From Chloroflexota bacterium (lineage in GTDB: Bacteria > Chloroflexota > Limnocylindria > Limnocylindrales > CSP1-4), in assembly GCA_005882635.1 (NCBI GenBank), contig VBFG01000043.1:1192-65191 (forward strand): a stretch of 64,000 nucleotides of DNA. The letters run 5' to 3'. This document shows, one piece after another, positions 52,001-61,541 of this stretch. A program made the position numbers and the translations under genes. The notes beneath the pieces were generated by a model. The model was not told the origin of the DNA. It worked only from the letters and a program-made list of their open reading frames with translations, and searched no databases. Within the stretch, counting starts at the first letter, position 1. Each line of letters begins with the position of its first letter.

Positions 52001-55000
52001 TGTCGCCGGCGGTCGCCCGATGGGTGAGCCTGCCTCCGAGCGACTCGGCCGCCGAGCAGCTCTCGATGCAGGACATCGAGACGCTTCGCCTGACGGCCCG
52101 CCGCACATGGAGCTTCTTCGAGACGTTCGTCGGCCCGGAGAGTCACGACCTGCCACCCGACAACTTCCAGGACGATCCGGCTCCGCTCGTCGCGGAGCGG
52201 ACCTCGCCGACCAATGTCGGGATGTACCTGCTGTCGACTGTGGCGGCGCGTGACTTCGGTTGGATCGGAACGCTGGACATGGTCGACCGGCTCGAGGCGT
52301 CGCTGGCCGCGATCAACCGACTCGACCGCTTCCGCGGCCACCTCTACAACTGGTACGACACCCGGACGCTCCAGCCGCTCGAGCCCATGTACGTGTCGTC
52401 GGTCGACAGCGGCAATCTTGCCGGCCACCTCCTCGTCGTCGCGAACGCCTGCCGGGCGGCGCTCGAGCGACCGGTGCCCGTCACCGCTGCTCTTGACGGG
52501 ATCGCCGACGGCGTCATGTTGACCCGCGCCGCCGCGCGCGCGATCGGAGACGACCGCCGGAGCCACACCTTGACGCGACGGCACCTCGCGGAGGCCCTCG
52601 GCGCGCTCACCGACGTCACGTCCGGCCCGCCGCCGACGCTCGCGGCATGGGCCGATCGGCTCGAACAGCTCGCGGGGCATGCCGACACCGTCGCCGACGT
52701 CGCAGCCGCGCTCACCGCGGAACGCGGGGAGGGTCAGGACGGCGAGCTCACCGCGTGGGCCGGGGCTGTCCGGCAGGCTGTTGCGAGCCATGCCCGCGAT
52801 CTGTCCGTGCTCGGACCGCCCGGCTGGCTCGCCATCCCGCCCGACCCTGGCTCGTCCGATGGGCCGGGCCGCCCTGAGGATGGCGTCTCGCCGCAGGCGA
52901 CGGCGCTCGCCCGCCGCCTTCAGGCCATTGCCGACCACGCTCAGCGGCTGTTCGAGGAGATGGACTTCCGATTCCTGTTCGATCCTGTCCGGAAGCTGTT
53001 CTCCATCGGCTACCGGACCCGCGACGGGACACTCGACCCGAGCTACTACGACCTGCTCGCCTCCGAGGCCCGGTTGACCAGCTTCCTCGCCATTGCGAAG
53101 GGCGACGTCCCGGCGGACCACTGGTTCCGGCTGGGTCGGAGCCTGACTCCGGTCGGACGCGGTTCCGCGCTCGTGTCCTGGTCAGGGTCGATGTTCGAGT
53201 ACCTCATGCCGTCGCTCGTGATGCGCGAGCCCGTCCAGAGCCTGCTCGGCCAGACGTTCCGGCTCGTCGTTGCGCGACAGATGAGCTATGCCAGCGAACG
53301 GGGCGTGCCGTGGGGGATGTCCGAGTCCGGCTTCAACGCTCGGGATCTCGAGCAGGCCTACCAGTACTCCAGCTTCGGGATCCCCGGATTGGGCCTGAAG
53401 CGAGGCCTGCGCGAAGAGCTCGTCGTCGCTCCGTATTCAACCGCCCTCGGCGCGATGATCCAGCCGCGCGCGGCGGTCCGGAACATTGCCCGGCTCGTGG
53501 CTGCCGGGGCCGCCGGCCGGTACGGTCTCCGCGAGGCCCTCGACTACACGGCGCGTCGGCTGCCCGAGGGCGCCAAGGTCGCCGTCGTGAAGAGCTACAT
53601 GGCCCACCACCAGGGCATGCTGCTCGTCGCCATCGGCAACGTCCTCAACGACCGAGTGATGCTGGAGCGGTTCCACGCCGACCGCATCGTCGAGGCGACC
53701 GAGCTGCTGCTCCATGAGCGAATGCCACGCGACGTGCTGGTCGCGCGGCCGCGCGCCGAGGAGGCGAAGAGCGCCGCGGACGTCCGCGACCTCGTCCCGC
53801 CCGTCCTCCGCCGATTCACCTCGCCGAATGACGCGATCCCGCGGACCCACCTGCTGTCGAACGGTCGCTACGCGGTGATGACGACGGCCGCCGGCTCCGG
53901 CTACAGCCGCTGGGGCGACATCGCCGTCACGCGCTGGCGGGAGGACGTGACGCGCGACCACTGGGGGAGCTACGTGTTCCTGCGGGACCGAGGCACCGGC
54001 AAGGTCTGGTCCGCCGGCTATCAGCCGACCGGCAGCGAGCCGGATAGCTACGAGGTCATCTACGCCGAGGATCATGTCGAGCTGGCCCGCCGCGACGGCT
54101 CGATCTCGACCGGGCTCCACGTCGTCGTCTCCGCCGAGCACGACGCGGAGATCCGACATCTCACGGTGTCCAACCTTGGCTCCCAGGATCGAGAGATCGA
54201 GCTCACCTCCTACGCCGAGCTGGCCTTGGCGCCACAAGCGGCCGACATGGCCCACCCGGCATTCCAGAACCTGTTCGTGCAGACCGAGTTCGTGCCCCAT
54301 ATCGACGCCCTGCTCGCGACGCGCCGGCCGCGATCCGCCGACGAGCGTCCGATCTGGGCGGCGCACGTGGCGGCCGTCGAGGAGGACGGCGGCGGGATGG
54401 TCGAATACGAAACGGACCGGGCGCGGTTCGTCGGGCGAGGCCGCGCGGTTCGTTCGGCGGTATCGGCGCTCGACGGACGCCCGCTCTCGAACACGGTCGG
54501 GCCCGTCCTGGATCCGATCTTCAGCCTTCGTCGCCGGTTGAAGCTCGCCCCGGGCTCCACGGCCCATGCGACGTTCTCGACCGTCGTCGCGGAGTCGCGC
54601 GAGGATGTCCTCGATCTGGCCGACAAGTTCCGCGAAATCGGCGCCTACGAGCGAGCATCCACGCTGGCGTGGACCCAGGCGCAGGTCCAGCTCCACCATC
54701 TGCGGATCGAATCGGACGAAGCCCACCTCTTCCAGCGGCTCGCGAATCGCATCCTCTACTCCGACTCCTCGCTGCGGCCTTCCTCGGGCCAGCTGGCCCG
54801 GAACGACCGCGGCGCGCCGGCGCTCTGGGCCCATGGCATCTCCGGCGACCTCCCGATCGTCGTCGTCCGGGTCTCCGACGCCGAGGACTTCGACATCGTC
54901 CGACAACTGCTTCGCGCCCACGAGTACTGGCGGCTGAAGCTCCTCGCCGTCGACCTCGTCGTGATCAACGAGCACGGACCGACCTACGCGCAGGACTTCC

Positions 55001-57684
55001 ACGGCTCGCTGGAGAGCCTCGTCCGGACGAGCCAGTCGACGCTCGTCCACGTCGGCCAGCCGGTCCACGGCGGCGTCCACATCCTGCGGGGCGACCAGCT
55101 CACGGCCGAGGATCGCGCCCTCATCCTGTCCGTTGCCCGTGCCGTCCTGCTCGGCCGCCGGGGGTCGCTCGCCGACCAGGTCATCCGCCTGGAGCGACCC
55201 GAGCCGGTCCCCCCGCGAGCCGCGCCAGCCACGCCCAGGCGGGAGGCCACGACGACGGTGACTCCACGGCCCGAGCTCGAGTTCTTCAACGGGCTGGGCG
55301 GATTCGCCGACGGGGGGGACGAGTACGTGACGATCGTCGGGCCCGGCCAGTCCACCCCGGCGCCGTGGGTCAACGTCATCGCCAACCCGACGTTCGGCTT
55401 CCTCGTGTCCGAGTCGGGCTCGGGCTACACGTGGTCGGGCAATAGCCGCGAGAACCAGCTGACGCCGTGGTCCAACGACCCCGTGAGCGATCCACCGAGC
55501 GAGGCCATCCTCGTGCGCGACGAAGAGTCGGGCGAGCTGTGGGGTCCGACGGCTCAGCCGATCCGCATCGACGACGCGACGTATGTCGCCCACCATGGAC
55601 CGGGCTACAGCCGGTTCCGACAGGCCCACCGCGGGATCCAGCTCGACCTGGTCCAGTTCGTCCCGCCCGACGATCGGCTGAAGGTGTCGGTCCTGACGGT
55701 CGAGAACCGATCCGGTCGGTCTCGTCGACTCACGGTCAGCGCGTACGCCGAGTGGGTCCTGGGCACGTCGCGCGGGGAGAACGCCCATCGGATCGTGACC
55801 GACCTCGAGCCCGAGACGGGCGCGCTCCTCGCTCGCAATCCGTGGAACACCGAGTTCGCCGGGCGGGTCGCATTCCTCGATCTCGGCGGGGCTCAGACCT
55901 CGTGGACCTGCGATCGAACGGAGTTCCTCGGGCGGAACGGCTCCTTGGACCGGCCGGCCGGCCTCGATCGCGGGCACCGGCTCAGGAAGGCATCGGGCGC
56001 CGGGTTGGACCCCTGTGCCGCCCTTCAGACCGGCATCGAGCTCGCGAGTGGGGCCAGCACCCGCGTGATCGTTCTCCTCGGCGACGCCCCCGATGCATTG
56101 GCCGCCGCGGAGCTCGTTCGGAAGGCGCGGTCGATGGACCACGACGAGGCGCAACGCACAGTCGCCGGCCGGTGGCGCGACATCCTCGGCACGCTCCAGG
56201 TCCGGACGCCGGACCGGTCCATGGACATCCTCCTGAATCGCTGGCTGGTCTACCAGACGCTCGCTTGCCGGGTCTGGGGGCGCACGGCGGCATACCAGGC
56301 AGGCGGCGCGTTCGGGTTCCGGGACCAGCTCCAGGACGTCATCGCCCTGCTGCCCTCGAAGCCCGACATCGCCCGCCAGCAGATCCTGTCGGCGGCCGCA
56401 CGACAGTTCCTCGAGGGGGACGTCCAGCATTGGTGGCACCCGCCATCGGGTCGCGGCGTCAGGACGCGGATCTCTGACGATCGGCTGTGGCTGCCCTACG
56501 TCGTCGACCGCTATCTGGCGGTCACGAACGACTCGGCCGTTCTCGACGAGATGGTCCCGTGGCTCGACGCGCCTCGTCTGGAGAGCGGCCAGGACGACCG
56601 CTACTTCGAACCGGACGTCGCTGCCGAGCCATCGTCGCTCTTCGATCACTGCGCAGCGGCGATCGAGATCAGCCTGCCGGCCGGTCCGCATGGCCTGCCG
56701 TTGATGGGCTCGGGCGACTGGAACGACGGGATGAACCGGGTCGGTCGCGGCGGTCGCGGCGAGAGTGTCTGGCTCGGCTGGTTCCTCTACGCGGTCCTCG
56801 CCACGTTCGCTCCCGTGGCCGAGGCTCGCGGCCGAGCGGACCTCGCCGAACGCTGGCGAGGACGGATGAAGTCGGTCCGGCGCGCACTGGAGCGGCACGG
56901 CTGGGACGGGGGTTGGTACCGGCGTGCCTTCTTCGACGACGGAACGCCGCTCGGCTCGGCCGTCAACGCCGAGTGCCGGATCGACTCGATCGCCCAGTCC
57001 TGGAGCGTCCTGTCGCGGGCCGCCGATCCCGCCCGGGCAGCGACCGCGATGGCGGCAGTCGACCAGCACCTCGTCAGGCGCGGCGACGGCCTCGTCCAGC
57101 TGTTCACGCCGCCCTTCGACCGGTCAGCGGTCGACCCCGGCTACATCAAGGGGTACGTGCCGGGAATCCGCGAGAACGGTGGTCAGTACACGCACGCGGC
57201 GATCTGGTCGATCCTGGCCTTCGCGGAGCTGGGCGATGGCGACACCGCGGCCGAGCTCTTCTCGCTCTTGAATCCGATCAACCACGCCAGCACTCGCGCC
57301 GGCGTTCATCGCTACAAGGTCGAACCGTATGTGGTGGCGGCGGACGTCTACGCGGAGCCGCCGCACGTCGGTCGTGGCGGGTGGACCTGGTACACCGGAT
57401 CGGCCGGCTGGATGTACCAGGCCGGCATCGAATCGATCCTGGGATTCCGCCTTCGGGGGACGACCCTCGTCGTCGATCCATGCATCCCGCGCGGCTGGGG
57501 AGGCTACGAGATCGACTTTCGGTGCCGATCGACGTCCTACCAGATCGCGGTCGAGAACCCGAACGGCGTGAGCCGGGGCGTCGCGTCGATGGAGCTCGAC
57601 GGCCAGGTCCTGGCCGGTGACGCGGCCGGCATCCCACTGGCCGACGACGGCTCGACCCATCGGATCCGCATCGTGCTGGGCTGA
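49036..57684 (+). CDS. cgs: cyclic beta-1,2-glucan synthase-like giant glycosyltransferase/phosphorylase (GT84 + GH94 architecture)
   Basis: GTG 49036 overlaps the tatD TGA. 2,882 aa. Membrane-spanning segments flank a GT domain with VVTLDADTRLP and QHRWARGDWQ. The C-terminal half is cellobiose-phosphorylase-like (RDQLQD, MGSGDWNDGMNRVG). Size and order match Cgs/ChvB/NdvB. Confidence 0.8.
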   Translation: MTVADPLRDPPGRVRSRVRRPTALDEPILAELFSVERLEDHARSLARAQRVTDEPRRGHPVRPRIAENGRILVESYRALARAIAEERAITPAAEWLVDNFPIVDEQLREIRDDLPPDYYHELPKLAEGHLAGYPRVLGLAWAYIAHTDSLFEPETLRRMVRAYQEVDPLTVGELWAIAISLRILLVENLRRIAEQIVGARAARQRADELADSLLGLGPDSPETAGAALRRLTPAAFPTAARVQLFQRLRDQDPDTTPALRWFEAVVTGQDMPPEEMVRVEHQRQATMNVSVRNVITSMRLISWFDWAAFVESVSVVDDVLRVRSRFGEMDFGTRDRYRHAIERLAHLSGLTEIDVARRAAATAEAARRAGGDSPPAHRDPGYYLIADGRAAFEQSLGIRVPVGLRLRRAYAHAATAGYLGTITVVTAFVIALPILLSVATGPATTGLILVALLGLGPASDVAIALVNRAVTDVLGPVPLPRLDLDDGVPESMRTLVVVPTLLTNESDVEAQVANLEVHYLANRDGDIRFALLSDWLDADTEHVAGDDEILASAVAAIDTINRLHGEAPGGGARFLLFHRKRQWNESEGRWMGWERKRGKLEELNALLRGSTGTSMYTTGRASSTPPPDVRYVVTLDADTRLPRGAVGQLVGTMAHPLNQPRVDPLTRRVTDGHGVLQPRITASLPAEHEASIYQRIFSGPAGIDPYSSAVSDVYQDMFGEGTFTGKGIYDVDAFRAALGNRVPDNTLLSHDLFEGIFARAGLVTDVELFDEYPSNYLVGASRQHRWARGDWQMLPWILGHARDVTGTRRRKDIPGIARWKMLDNLRRSLSAPLTLATLIAAWTLPSVATGLWTAFILATSIVPAALPVLAGLRPRREGISKRSHLRAIGEDVAIAAAQVGIGIVLLAHQAWLMADAIVRTLVRVYGTRRHLLEWTTAAEAKSIHNLDLVAFHRGMAGGLAVAIVVAVVVTVARPSSLWIAAPFIVLWLLSPAVARWVSLPPSDSAAEQLSMQDIETLRLTARRTWSFFETFVGPESHDLPPDNFQDDPAPLVAERTSPTNVGMYLLSTVAARDFGWIGTLDMVDRLEASLAAINRLDRFRGHLYNWYDTRTLQPLEPMYVSSVDSGNLAGHLLVVANACRAALERPVPVTAALDGIADGVMLTRAAARAIGDDRRSHTLTRRHLAEALGALTDVTSGPPPTLAAWADRLEQLAGHADTVADVAAALTAERGEGQDGELTAWAGAVRQAVASHARDLSVLGPPGWLAIPPDPGSSDGPGRPEDGVSPQATALARRLQAIADHAQRLFEEMDFRFLFDPVRKLFSIGYRTRDGTLDPSYYDLLASEARLTSFLAIAKGDVPADHWFRLGRSLTPVGRGSALVSWSGSMFEYLMPSLVMREPVQSLLGQTFRLVVARQMSYASERGVPWGMSESGFNARDLEQAYQYSSFGIPGLGLKRGLREELVVAPYSTALGAMIQPRAAVRNIARLVAAGAAGRYGLREALDYTARRLPEGAKVAVVKSYMAHHQGMLLVAIGNVLNDRVMLERFHADRIVEATELLLHERMPRDVLVARPRAEEAKSAADVRDLVPPVLRRFTSPNDAIPRTHLLSNGRYAVMTTAAGSGYSRWGDIAVTRWREDVTRDHWGSYVFLRDRGTGKVWSAGYQPTGSEPDSYEVIYAEDHVELARRDGSISTGLHVVVSAEHDAEIRHLTVSNLGSQDREIELTSYAELALAPQAADMAHPAFQNLFVQTEFVPHIDALLATRRPRSADERPIWAAHVAAVEEDGGGMVEYETDRARFVGRGRAVRSAVSALDGRPLSNTVGPVLDPIFSLRRRLKLAPGSTAHATFSTVVAESREDVLDLADKFREIGAYERASTLAWTQAQVQLHHLRIESDEAHLFQRLANRILYSDSSLRPSSGQLARNDRGAPALWAHGISGDLPIVVVRVSDAEDFDIVRQLLRAHEYWRLKLLAVDLVVINEHGPTYAQDFHGSLESLVRTSQSTLVHVGQPVHGGVHILRGDQLTAEDRALILSVARAVLLGRRGSLADQVIRLERPEPVPPRAAPATPRREATTTVTPRPELEFFNGLGGFADGGDEYVTIVGPGQSTPAPWVNVIANPTFGFLVSESGSGYTWSGNSRENQLTPWSNDPVSDPPSEAILVRDEESGELWGPTAQPIRIDDATYVAHHGPGYSRFRQAHRGIQLDLVQFVPPDDRLKVSVLTVENRSGRSRRLTVSAYAEWVLGTSRGENAHRIVTDLEPETGALLARNPWNTEFAGRVAFLDLGGAQTSWTCDRTEFLGRNGSLDRPAGLDRGHRLRKASGAGLDPCAALQTGIELASGASTRVIVLLGDAPDALAAAELVRKARSMDHDEAQRTVAGRWRDILGTLQVRTPDRSMDILLNRWLVYQTLACRVWGRTAAYQAGGAFGFRDQLQDVIALLPSKPDIARQQILSAAARQFLEGDVQHWWHPPSGRGVRTRISDDRLWLPYVVDRYLAVTNDSAVLDEMVPWLDAPRLESGQDDRYFEPDVAAEPSSLFDHCAAAIEISLPAGPHGLPLMGSGDWNDGMNRVGRGGRGESVWLGWFLYAVLATFAPVAEARGRADLAERWRGRMKSVRRALERHGWDGGWYRRAFFDDGTPLGSAVNAECRIDSIAQSWSVLSRAADPARAATAMAAVDQHLVRRGDGLVQLFTPPFDRSAVDPGYIKGYVPGIRENGGQYTHAAIWSILAFAELGDGDTAAELFSLLNPINHASTRAGVHRYKVEPYVVAADVYAEPPHVGRGGWTWYTGSAGWMYQAGIESILGFRLRGTTLVVDPCIPRGWGGYEIDFRCRSTSYQIAVENPNGVSRGVASMELDGQVLAGDAAGIPLADDGSTHRIRIVLG

Positions 57685-57715
57685 TCGGCGTCCGACGCTG
57701 AGGGCGACCTCGGGG

Positions 57716-57745
57716 TTGACACTCGGAGGACCGATTCGCTACAGT
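57716..57745 (+). promoter_or_regulatory. sigma-70-type promoter of groES-groEL
   Basis: TTGACA (57716-57721), 18-nt spacer, TACAGT (57740-57745), abutting CIRCE. Confidence 0.65.
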
Positions 57746-57771
57746 TAGCACTCTCGCATCGAGAGTGCTAG
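57745..57771 (+). promoter_or_regulatory. CIRCE operator (HrcA binding site)
   Basis: TTAGCACTC-N9-GAGTGCTAG, against consensus TTAGCACTC-N9-GAGTGCTAA (one mismatch at the last base). Confidence 0.9.
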
Positions 57772-57958
57772 CGACACCGAATCTGTGGCCCAGGAGGGGG
57801 CAAACCGTCCGCGGACGGCCCGCCGAGAGACCGGCAGTCGGTTCCATCGCGGCACCTCACCACAACCGCCCGGGGACGCCGCCGGTTCGCCCGACGCGCA
57901 CCCCAGCCTATCGAGCAGCGACGGCAGCACGGAGCCGCCGTTCAAGGAGGAATGCACG

Positions 57959-58273
57959 TTGGCCACCGCCACCGCTTCCACGACGAAGCTTCGCCCCTTG
58001 GGTGACCGGGTCGTGATCCAGCCCACGCCGCGCGAGGACATGACGAAGAGCGGCATCGTCTTGCCGGACACTGCCAAGGAGAAGCCCCAGGAGGGGCTGA
58101 TCATCGCCGCCGGCCCCGGCCGGATCCTCGACGACGGCAAGCGCGAGGCCATGGACATCAAGAAGGGCGACAAGGTGCTCTACGCGAAGTACGCCGGGAC
58201 CGAGTTCAAGGTCGACGGCGACGAGCTCCTCATCGTCAGTCAGAAGGACATCCTCGCGATCGTCGCGGACTGA
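57959..58273 (+). CDS. groES: co-chaperonin GroES
   Basis: TTG 57959 lies 8 nt after [19 protein letters not shown]...[17 protein letters not shown]. The track's longer ORF from 57785 was rejected. Confidence 0.92.
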   Translation: MATATASTTKLRPLGDRVVIQPTPREDMTKSGIVLPDTAKEKPQEGLIIAAGPGRILDDGKREAMDIKKGDKVLYAKYAGTEFKVDGDELLIVSQKDILAIVAD

Positions 58274-59950
<1,677 letters not shown>

Positions 59951-59968
59951 GTCCACCCGCACAAGTTC

Positions 59969-60000
59969 GAAGGCCCCTCCCGGCGACGGGAGGGGCCTTC
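59969..60000 (+). terminator. intrinsic terminator after groEL
   Basis: GAAGGCCCCTCCCG-gcga-CGGGAGGGGCCTTC: 14-bp perfect stem, followed by TTCGTCT. Confidence 0.8.
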
Positions 60001-60029
60001 TTCGTCTATCCCGCGGCTGGCTCGGTTCC

Positions 60030-60054
60030 AGCTGAGTCGCGTTGCGACTCAGCT
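60030..60054. other. perfect 11-bp hairpin
   Basis: AGCTGAGTCGC-gtt-GCGACTCAGCT. A third copy of GCGACTCAG lies at 60129-60137. Confidence 0.6.
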
Positions 60055-60211
60055 TGCCGCCGCGCACGCTCGCCACGGCCCGAATTCGCGCGTGGCCAAG
60101 CGTGCCGCCAGCAGATCCGAGTCGTCTGGCGACTCAGCGCCTCGCTCGTGCGGATCCGGATCGGATCGGCGCCGAACGTGGGCGATCGAACGCCCAGGTC
60201 AGGCCGGCCGG

Positions 60212-60460
60212 TCAGCCGACCGGACAGGCGTCCTTGTCGGCCGTCGCCAGGAAGACCTTGACCTCCTGGCCCAGGTTCGGACCACCAAACGTCAGGTCGC
60301 GCACCTCGGGGACGACGATGACCCGGCCGAACGGCCGAACCGCTTGCGCCGTGGCGCTGGCGAACTGGGCGGTGCAGCTCGGACCCGCGGCGGCCGACGG
60401 CACCAGCCCGAAGAGCAACATTCCCGCGACGATGAACGCACCGGCGATTCGAGCTCGCAT
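60212..60460 (-). CDS. small secreted protein (82 aa precursor, two Cys), hypothetical
   Basis: ATG 60460 with GGGGAGG upstream. Signal peptide MRARIAGAFIVAGMLLFGLVPSAAA. GC3 about 85%. Mature part of about 57 aa with Cys near each end. No recognisable domain. Confidence 0.6.
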   Translation of the reverse strand: MRARIAGAFIVAGMLLFGLVPSAAAGPSCTAQFASATAQAVRPFGRVIVVPEVRDLTFGGPNLGQEVKVFLATADKDACPVG

Positions 60461-60636
60461 GCTGGACCTCCCCTCATCTCCCCGGCGGTCCCGCGATTCT
60501 AGTCGCGGCTGCAACAAGGCCAGCCCGGACCCGGGCGTCTCGGAGCGGAGCCGGACCGGGACCATCGACCGTTTGACATGTGGCGGCCATCGCGGCGACC
60601 CTGTCGACCGTCAGTCCGTCACTCCAGGGGGAACCC

Positions 60637-61419
60637 GTGACCCGCCGTCCACTCGCGCTCATGCTCGCCGCTCTCGTCGCGAGCCTCGTCGTCATCCTCG
60701 GTGCCTGCAATTCGACGCCGGCCGCCCCGCCGCTGACCGATCCCAAGGAGATCCTGACCAAGGCGCTGACCTCGCTGCCGAGCGTCAAGACCTTCGAGTT
60801 CACCAGCACGTTCACCGGCACGGCCAAGATCCCGCAGCTCGGCGACATCGACCTGTCGACCGTCAAGCTGACGGGCGCCCTCGACGCCGGCAACAAGAAG
60901 GCCAAGGCGAGCCTCGACGCGCCGACGTTCCTCGGAACGAAGATCGACGCGCTCCTGATCGACAAGACCGCCTACTACAAGGTCGCCGGCCCCCTGGCGA
61001 TCGCATTCAAGGCGACGTCCGACAAGTACACGAAGGTCGACGTCCCGGCCAGCTCCGACAACCCGACCGGTAACGTGACCGACATGAGCAAGGCCGTCAC
61101 CCAGGTCCAGCAGTGGCTCGACAAGCTACCCCAGCCGCCGGTCAAGCAGGCCGACGAGAAGTGCGGCGACCAGGACTGCTACCACGTCACGATCAAGGTC
61201 TCGGCGGCGGACCTCAAGACGCTCGACCCGACGGCGAGCTCGCTCGACGGCGAATTCGCGATGGACGTCTGGACCCGCAAGAGCGACTACCGCCCTGCCA
61301 AGCTCGTCCTGACCGTGACGACGCCCGACATGGGGACGTTCGGGATGACGTTCGAGCTGACCTACGACGTCTCGGTCTCGGTCGACGCTCCGCCGGCGGA
61401 CCAGGTCGTCAGCCAGTAA
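60637..61419 (+). CDS. lipoprotein, possibly LppX/LprAFG-like (LolA-type fold)
   Basis: GTG 60637 after GGGGGA. Lipobox VVILGAC. The beta-rich mature part resembles LppX_LprAFG family members, but the family assignment is tentative. Confidence 0.65.
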   Translation: MTRRPLALMLAALVASLVVILGACNSTPAAPPLTDPKEILTKALTSLPSVKTFEFTSTFTGTAKIPQLGDIDLSTVKLTGALDAGNKKAKASLDAPTFLGTKIDALLIDKTAYYKVAGPLAIAFKATSDKYTKVDVPASSDNPTGNVTDMSKAVTQVQQWLDKLPQPPVKQADEKCGDQDCYHVTIKVSAADLKTLDPTASSLDGEFAMDVWTRKSDYRPAKLVLTVTTPDMGTFGMTFELTYDVSVSVDAPPADQVVSQ

Positions 61420-61441
61420 CCCAACATCGCTCTCAACGCAT

Positions 61442-61471
61442 CGAGGCCCGGGTCAACCGATCCGGGCCTCG
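61442..61471 (+). terminator. stem-loop after the lipoprotein gene
   Basis: CGAGGCCCGG-10 nt-CCGGGCCTCG: perfect 10-bp stem with no strong U-tract. Confidence 0.5.
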
Positions 61472-61541
61472 CGATTCACAGCGAACGTTCGCCAAGCGCC
61501 GAGATGGGCCTTCGTGAAGGGTCGCAACCTACAATGACGAC

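Noticed and set aside
57785-57958. 58-codon N-terminal extension of GroES (track ORF from GTG 57785)
   Set aside because: AAGGAGG lies 8 nt upstream of TTG 57959 and gives a normal 104-aa GroES. The extension has intermediate GC3 (about 81%) and no GroES homology.
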